From Octopus bimaculoides (lineage: Eukaryota), in contig NC_068983.1 of NCBI RefSeq assembly GCF_001194135.2, positions 62,531,812 through 62,586,891 of the forward strand: DNA of 55,080 nt, written 5' to 3'. Made by a program: the position numbers and the translations under genes. Shown here in pieces: positions 46,721-55,080 of the stretch (positions are counted from its first letter, which is position 1; the number at the start of each line of letters is the position of its first letter). A model generated the notes under the pieces. That model was given only the letters and a program-made list of their open reading frames with translations. It was not told where the DNA came from and did no database searches.

Positions 46721-49700
46721 AATCCTAGCCGCATTAAAATAAAAGAACAACTCCCTCGTATTAATGTATGATGTGACTTGAAAAAATATCTTGATGTTGA
46801 GATGACAGTGCCACGAGAAGGCAGTATAGAGGGGACATATGAAATAATGCAGTTTGAAATATGAAGTAGGAAATCGAGAGATGCATGAAAACAGCAGTGA
46901 GAGGCACTTTTATCTTATTCCAGATGTTGTGGCTTTGTAGCCCCAATATCTTGCTTGGATGGCATGAAACTTAAGAAAGATCTCAGAACATTGTTTTTCG
47001 AACAGCAGGAGGAGCAGTAAATGCTTCAGAATGCTTATGATAAGGGCATGTGGAAAATTAACAAAACGGAAAACAAATTGCAAACCCTTCGAAAGAATTC
47101 AACAAAATAACAATTGCATCTTTAGAGCAGCGACTAATTGATGTAGCAACTAATTGATAGCAGCAACTAATTGATGTAGTTCCATGACTAGCAGTTGAAG
47201 ATCATATATTTTACAGTGGAGAACAAATGAACTATACATTCCCCAGTAACTACTCGGTCTTACTAGAGAAAATGATTCTGTCGGAATATTTGAAATTGTG
47301 GTGATCTCCAGTCGTTAGCTGTTGAAGGGAATGTCCCTCTAAGCAAGCTGAGTGAAAAATACAATATAGTTACGATAAGAGCTCACTTGTTTACAAGAGA
47401 GGAAGAAAAGGAGAGGAATGTTGTAACTAACTTGCTTTTCATAAGATGATTAGATGTGTTACGATATATCCCCAGTCAAATATAAAATCTGTAACAATTG
47501 TCAGCCGTTTTCTTTTACTATTTAGCAACAACACGATAGTGAACTATATGCATCGAAATATAAATGCATTCCAACTAAAGTGTATTCATGTTGATAATGG
47601 ATAAACTCTGGATAGTGTATAGTCCATTGATAATGGATAATGGAACATATAAAGATTGATGTTTTCTGATACAAGCAAGATAATATGGTTTGACGAGAGA
47701 CAGGAAATCTTTTATTCATTAATTTCTCATGATTCACCCAACTGTTAGCTCAGAAAAAATATTATGTGAGTTCAGGAGAGTAATACTGAAAGAAGAAATA
47801 AATATGTAATTTTACGTTATTCTTTGGGCTGTTAGAGCACCAAAGATGACTTCTTTATCTTATGAATCACGGAAAAATACGATGGCATAGTTTCCTCTTA
47901 TGTGTTGAATCGTGCCTTTTCCCAGGAAATTACTTATTGGTTGATACGTCGTTACAATCTCACTTAAAAACGTTTAAGACGACTGAATTCCTGCTATATA
48001 TAAACAAGTTCTGTGCTTGTTTTTGGACAGGTATCGTAGATTATGCATTAGGTGTGTTGGAGCTTGTGTTGATTTTTACGGTAATAATACGTCAATATTC
48101 ATTTCGTTCTCTGTATAGAAACCTTAAGCTGTCACAAGTTATATGCATAAGGGAGATTTTAAGCAAATTGTAACACTCCATGACATTTTACCTCTTGAAA
48201 TACTTGGTTTTAGTAAAATATATTTGCTATGAACACCGTTAATAAAAGCTACCTCACATACTGTACTTCTTTTTATCTGAATATTTTGAATCTGGATATG
48301 CTGAATTCGTTCAATGAAATATCTATTCAACACGGAGTCACTACTAATAGCAGCAGTATACGAACAATTTAATCTTACGGGTTCCATATCTGAACAAGAA
48401 TTTTCCGTCTTAGTTTCGAACGCACAGGGAATTCGTCACTGAAGAGACGAAATCAAGTCGAAACATTGTTTCGGCAGAAACATTGTGTCTGTCAATCTAC
48501 TGATGCTCTGAGAAAAGTCCAGTACTTTTTAGCACAAGATCGCCTTGATGAGCTTCTCCGAGACAAAATATTACACGTCTGTATACACATAAATTTTACA
48601 TAAATCCAAATATGTTATCGGGGAAAAAACAAATAATACTTACGATTGGCATTTAACACAGAACAACCATAAGAATATGTCATGGTATGACTGAATTTGT
48701 AGCAAATTGTATTTTGAGATTAGAAGATTTGGGAAAAGGAAAAGAAACAAGAATTAAACTGAGAATATTTGAAAATGTTCTCTAAAAGTGATCTACAACA
48801 TTATTTATAGAAGATGTACATGAATAAGTATGTAATTAATATGTTACATTTAATTAAAACCAGTGTATGAACTTCAAATGTTAAGATATTTCAAAGTCTC
48901 TTTTGAAGCTGTCCAAAAGTAAAAAATGTTGAAATATTAGAGTTGTTTAGTGGAGATAACCGTATAAATGATTGAATCATTAATAGCTTCACTCTAAAAT
49001 TCTGATGGGGTTCTTCGTGATCTTCATCCTTCCTGGGCCAGTATAAACAGAATACGAAAGTCAGTATTTAAATAGGTTTTTAAATTAAGTCAGTTTAAAT
49101 TGATTATATGACTTTTACTCCTGCCAGAAAAGTAGTCTCATGTAAAGCCAACGAGTAAATATTTAGTGATACATGACTGCATTCAATTCTAAATGACGTG
49201 AACTTTCATTATAAAAGGCGTGTACAATGTCTGCCTGTGAATTTTTCAACCTCTATTTTCTCTTCATATACAAATAGAGATTGAGAGCTGTCTGGAGTCT
49301 TAATTTTTCAGTTTAGATCTTGTAACCAACTTCCTAAGCTTTTCAAAAACTTGAAATTTTAAAATTTATTAGCAAGTGTGAATGGGCGTTTGATCTGAAA
49401 TTCTAACCAAAAAATATCAATCCTGTATTTACTTTTCACTGCAACACAAGCTAATGATATTTCATTTGGATACTGTTTACGCAATGTTAGGAAATTTTTT
49501 ACGGCTCCAGAAAATGTGAAGATTGGCAATAAGAGCAGATTGTTGGATTAATCTTGCACTATCAATTTTATTCTCCCTATATTTAGAATCTAAACCGCTT
49601 GAATCAACTTTATAAGGTATAAGTGACTGTCGTAGCTACTTGCATTTCCAGTGGGCTGCCCATGTTTTTGTACGGTCCTGAAAATGTGTATGTCGTATAA

Positions 49701-50200
49701 CATCTAAGATTTACAAGAAATACTTTAGTATATTACTTATTGGCTTTTGTAATACTTTCACAAATTTTCATTGCTTAACTGCTTTCCAGTGTCGCGGTCT
49801 AAAGGTTCGCGGTCTGGTCTGTTGTATTGATTAGTTGAGTTGATAAATGAAAATGTTTCTTTGGCTGCGTGTTGCAGTCGCTGAACAACACTTGCTAACA
49901 TTTAACAGATGCTTTTATTCTCGCACATAGAGACAAACTGTGTTGGCTTTTAGAAATAACAACAGCAATAATTATATAATGAGAAAGAGATTGCTTGGTG
50001 TTTATGGCAAGCTATTGATACGGCAACATGCGGCTTGTCCCACATAGCTGGAAATAATCGTGCTATATTCATGGCGATAGAGGTTCGTATCATATATCTG
50101 TGCCATCTGTTTTAACTGTCTTCTTGGATCATCTGGCTGGTAAAAGTGCGCGGCCAACAGTTTTTATAGGAGACTGGACGTTAAATTGTATTATTGAGTG

Positions 50201-50417
50201 AAAGAGCAGTGCATGCCATCAAAGTGACACTGGGGTAAAATATACAAAGCCCAATATACCCATCATAACTACCCGTCTGATAAAGGTACATCAGGCACAT
50301 ACATCACAACCATATGTACGCGACATGGTGATCTCATATCAAGATAAACAACGCATGACCTCGCAGGTGGGACCCAGTTAGAATTTTCTTCAGGTCGGGT
50401 CGCCCATCCCGCTCAAA
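50201..50417 (+). mobile_element. Family C repeat (copy 2), running into a gap
   Basis: Homologous to 24877-25172. Confidence 0.8.
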
Positions 50418-50983
50418 NNNNNNNNNNNNNNNNNNNNNNNNNNNNNNNNNNNNNNNNNNNNNNNNNNNNNNNNNNNNNNNNNNNNNNNNNNNNNNNNNNN
50501 NNNNNNNNNNNNNNNNNNNNNNNNNNNNNNNNNNNNNNNNNNNNNNNNNNNNNNNNNNNNNNNNNNNNNNNNNNNNNNNNNNNNNNNNNNNNNNNNNNNN
50601 NNNNNNNNNNNNNNNNNNNNNNNNNNNNNNNNNNNNNNNNNNNNNNNNNNNNNNNNNNNNNNNNNNNNNNNNNNNNNNNNNNNNNNNNNNNNNNNNNNNN
50701 NNNNNNNNNNNNNNNNNNNNNNNNNNNNNNNNNNNNNNNNNNNNNNNNNNNNNNNNNNNNNNNNNNNNNNNNNNNNNNNNNNNNNNNNNNNNNNNNNNNN
50801 NNNNNNNNNNNNNNNNNNNNNNNNNNNNNNNNNNNNNNNNNNNNNNNNNNNNNNNNNNNNNNNNNNNNNNNNNNNNNNNNNNNNNNNNNNNNNNNNNNNN
50901 NNNNNNNNNNNNNNNNNNNNNNNNNNNNNNNNNNNNNNNNNNNNNNNNNNNNNGTATATATATATATATGTATGTGTGCTTGT

Positions 50984-51190
50984 GTGTCTGTGTTTGTCAC
51001 CCCACCATCGCTTGACAACCGATGGTGGTGTGTTTACGTCCCCGTAACTTAGCGGTTCGGCAAAAGAGACCGATAGAATAAGTACTAGGCTTCCAAAGAA
51101 TAAGTCCTAGGGTCGACTAAAGGCGGTGCTCCAGCATGGCCGCAGTCAAATGACTGAAACAAGTAAAATAGTAAAAGAGAAAGAGAAAGA
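50984..51190 (+). mobile_element. SINE family A, 3' half, well preserved
   Basis: CCATCGCTTGACAACCGATG...GGCGGTGCTCCAGCATGGCCGCAGTCAAATGACTGAAACAAG. Confidence 0.9.
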
Positions 51191-51196
51191 GTATTA

Positions 51197-51246
<50 letters not shown>

Positions 51247-51269
51247 GTTGTTGTTGTTGTTGTTTTTGA

Positions 51270-51410
51270 GAGACCAGTACATGCCATCAAAATGACCTTG
51301 GGGTGCAAATATACGAAGCCCAGTATACCCATCATGATTACCCGTCTGATAACGGTATGTCAGGCACATGCACCACGACCACATGTGTGCGACATGGTGA
51401 TCTCATTTCA
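51270..51410 (+). mobile_element. Family C repeat (copy 3, 5' part)
   Basis: Homologous to 50205-50340. Confidence 0.8.
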
Positions 51411-51424
51411 TTATTATTATTACT

Positions 51425-51592
51425 GAGGCGGCAAGCTCGGAGAATCGTTAGCACGTGCGGCAAAATACGTTAAGCCATTTCGTGTCTTCGCGTTCTGAGT
51501 TCAAATTCCACCGAAGTCGACTTTGCTTTCATCTTTTCGGAGTCAATAAATTAAGTACAAGTGAAACACTGGGATCGATGTAATCCACTTAC
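51425..51592 (+). mobile_element. SINE family B
   Basis: GAGGCGGCAAGCTCGGAGAATCGTTAGCAC...GAGTTCAAATTCC. Confidence 0.85.
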
Positions 51593-52409
51593 TCTGTACA
51601 CGGAAGCTGCTGGCCTTATTGTTATCACTGTATTTATCCTACATTATATCGGCACAGTTCTGTGCATTCCCCACAGAATGTTATTGACAGTTGGTATCAT
51701 TAAGCTGCAGCAGGCTTAATACAATAGCAGCTTTTATATGCATATTCAAAACGCTGTCCGTAGACGAACCAAAAGGATGTGTGTGGGTTTCTGTGTCTAT
51801 ACATATATATGCAGCAATGTGTATGTGGTGTGTATGTATACCTTTAGAATGTTGATGTAAACGGATTGAAAAATATGTAAATAAATCTTTATTAAAGATA
51901 TTACCCGAAGCAATAAGCTATACCTAATAGCTTAAATACATTAGAGCAATTTGGATAACGTTGTATGTTCACTTGTGGTATGGAAATATTTTATTTAAAA
52001 GCACAGCTTACATCGGAGAGAGACAAAAATGGAACCTGAAGTGGTTTGTGAGAACATCAGATATATTACTTCCTCGTTGAGTACTGTCAATAGTGTGTAC
52101 TCACAGGCAACCGAACGCTTTGGCAAAATTTGCCGACATCGATACATACAAAAATAATGAATAAAAAGTGACTGGGGTTGCGAATACCTGCCCGGCAGAA
52201 TAAAAATATGATATATGTAATAGTAGCAACATTAGATTAAGATAATCACCTACATATCATACATAATTAAAATAGATTGTGAAAGGCAAATTTGTTCTCA
52301 ACATGTATGTATGTATGTTGGTATATATGGATGTATCTATGCATCTCCCTCACTCCATTCTCTTTTCTTCCTCTCTTTTTCTATATGCATGACTGTGTGT
52401 ATGTGTATT

Positions 52410-52441
<32 letters not shown>

Positions 52442-52565
52442 CAGAGTGTCCACAAGATCTGGGTACATTGAGTAAATAAAATCATAACATAAACAATTAA
52501 ATATAAGAAATAATAATTTCTTGAAGTATGTGTTAATCTCCATGCACCCAGGCTTTGTGGACATC

Positions 52566-52568
<3 letters not shown>
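52442..52568. mobile_element. ~127-bp Tc1/mariner-type MITE
   Basis: Imperfect ~31-bp TIRs (CAGAGTGTCCACAAGATCTGGGTACATTGAG / CTCCATGCACCCAGGCTTTGTGGACATCCTCT). TA at the left end. Confidence 0.7.
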
Positions 52569-52613
<45 letters not shown>

Positions 52614-53259
52614 AGTTAAATAGAGGCTATATTAACCTCATAAAGGGATGATTAGATCCGAGAAAACTCTAGTTCTATACCAAATATATTTTTGGGAAAT
52701 AAATTTCCCTAAATCAATAGGTATATATTATGCGCATATTCCGTATTCGCTTAATAGCAGAGAACAAAATAGAAAGTTAAAAGTTAATAATTATTTATTG
52801 ATAGAATGGTACTCCATACTTCCTACAGCTGTTTCAATTGTGCTTATTAAATAAATTATAAATTTATGGTTTAAATTTGCATTTACTAGGTATAAACAAT
52901 ATCATCAGGGTAAAAGATATACGGTAAAAGGTTACCTGTTGACCTCTAGGTTCATACTGGCAGACTAAGTATATGGAGTTATTTTATTTTGATTTATGTG
53001 TGTGCGTGAGGGATAACGGATTAATTTGGATATAATGAGAAATAAAGTCAAATAAGTAATAAGGTGGAATAAAACAATGTAAAATGTAAAAACAATAAAA
53101 GTAAGAATAAATAAGATAGAAATAAAAATAAATAAATAAAAGTAGAACAAAAAGTAGAAAATAAATAAATAAAAGTAGAACAAAAACAAAATAAGAAAGA
53201 TTAGAATAGACTTCATGTTTTGAACAGCGCCATTGGTTGGAGAAATTTTAATTAGTTTA

Positions 53260-54340
53260 AATTTCGGACTTTCAAAGAGGTCAAATTGTTGGTATTCGTA
53301 TGGCAGGCGCTAGCGAAACGAAAACAGCCGTAATGTTTGGTGTATCAAGTCGTACTGTCTCGAAAGTAATGACAGCCATTGAGAAAGAGGGAAAAACCTC
53401 ATTGTCGAAACAAAGCTCCGGAAGAAAACCAAGACTTCCAGATAGGGACCGTCGGACTCTTACGCGAATTGTTAAAAAGGATCACAAAAGTATAGCTCCC
53501 AAAATTACTGCAGAGTTTAATGACTACCTCGAGAACCCAATTTCTACAAAAGATGTTCGCCGGGAGCTGCACAAAGCCGGATTTCACGAGAGGGCTGCAA
53601 TCAGAAAATCACTACTTTCTAAAACAATCGTTGCAAAGCGTTTAGAGTGGAGTAAGAACCTACAGAATTGGTCCCTAGAGCAGTGGAAGAATGTTATATT
53701 CTCGGACGAGTTATCCTTTACCTTATTTCTGACCACCGGTCGAGTATACGTGTGGAGACAGCCAAAAGAAGCATTTGACCCAGACTGCCTTCTTCCAACT
53801 GTTAAACATGGAGGAGGATCTGTGATGATCTGGGGTGGGGTGGGGGCTATGTCTTCGAAATCCACCGGCCCAAAGGTTTCCCTTCGTGGTAGAATTAATA
53901 GTGAAGACTATTTAAGCATTTTATCTTATCAAATTCATCCTATGTTTGCGAAATTGTTTCTGGAGGGAAATGCAATTTCAAGATGATAATGCACGAATTC
54001 ACACAGCTAAATTTGTTACTGAATAGCACAAGGAACATTCTAGTGCAGTTGAACATGTTATCTGGCCAGCACAGTACCTATATCTCAATATTGTTGAAAA
54101 TTTATAGCGCATTTTAGAAAAACGACTAAGGAGCCGATAACATCCAGCATCATCACTACAACAAGTGGAGACTGTTTTAGCTGAAGAATGGACAAAATTT
54201 CCGTTGGAAACAATTCAAACTTTGTACGAGTCCATACCTGATAGAGTTCAAGCTATAATTACTGCTAAAGCGGTCCTACCCCATACTAAAATAAATTTGT
54301 TTGAAATTCTAATGTGTTTCCATTATTTTGTCCAACCCTG
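53260..54340 (+). pseudogene. Tc1 (DD34E) transposase pseudogene with the right terminus only
   Basis: DFQRGQIVGIRMAG..., VIFSDE, TVKHGGGSVMIWG, (F)QDDNARIH after a frameshift at ~53975, LNIVENL, two stops. The end reads ...TTTTGTCCAACCCTG|TA. I found no matching left TIR. Confidence 0.93.
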
Positions 54341-54342
54341 TA

Positions 54343-54373
<31 letters not shown>

Positions 54374-54551
54374 TACAGGCTTACACGCAATCATTCAAAA
54401 GTATTTATATATATGTCTGATTATATATCATATGTATATATATATATATATATATGTATGTATGCATATATATATATGTATATTTACACACATATATATA
54501 AATGCATACATACATATTTATATATATATATATAGATACATGTGTGTATAT

Positions 54552-54592
<41 letters not shown>

Positions 54593-54631
54593 CATATATA
54601 CATATATGTGTATATATATTATATATATTCG

Positions 54632-54688
<57 letters not shown>

Positions 54689-54975
54689 ACTACGTATATT
54701 CAAATATGTATAAGTATAGATACATAACTATATTATGTATATATATATATGAATATATATATGTGTATGTGTGTGTGTTTTTGTCGGAGTATACGTGCGC
54801 TTCCATGTGTTGCACGTGTGTGTGTATCTGTGTATGTGTGTGCCTGTGTGCGTATGAATTAAGAAAATGTTATGTAGACTAACTGAATTAGAAATAACTC
54901 GAGGCATATAGTTAACATTTATTCTGCTTATACCAACACACACACACATACACACACACACAAACACACACAAAC

Positions 54976-55010
<35 letters not shown>

Positions 55011-55080
55011 CACACAATCTCTCTCTTTCTCTCACATACACGCACTCACACGTACACAAGTATATATATGCTTGTATATA

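Overview
This is AT-rich, microsatellite-dense animal genomic DNA with 12 assembly gaps. From the repeat families I infer it is an octopus draft assembly, probably Octopus bimaculoides or a relative. The only gene I can confidently identify is a complete TMEM97/sigma-2 receptor (EXPERA family) CDS with no introns, at 160-711 on the minus strand. The rest looks intronic or intergenic. It holds several tRNA-derived SINE families, decayed non-LTR retrotransposons (R4/Dong-like, RTE, Tx1-like, probably HERO/NeSL-like), Tc1/mariner transposase pseudogenes, MITEs and a Helitron-like end. Most entries in the ORF track are artefacts of microsatellites or N gaps. The best leads are: (i) a SINE-like repeat carrying a decayed Penelope-type minimal hammerhead motif, in two copies; (ii) a ~120-bp element found three times next to (ACAT)n repeats, once directly behind an R4/Dong 3' end; (iii) several long inverted repeats, including a 320-bp palindrome and a perfect 234-bp pair; (iv) unannotated exon and micro-exon candidates on both strands. 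All alignments and folds were done by eye and no database search was run. I cannot claim a proven new biological system.
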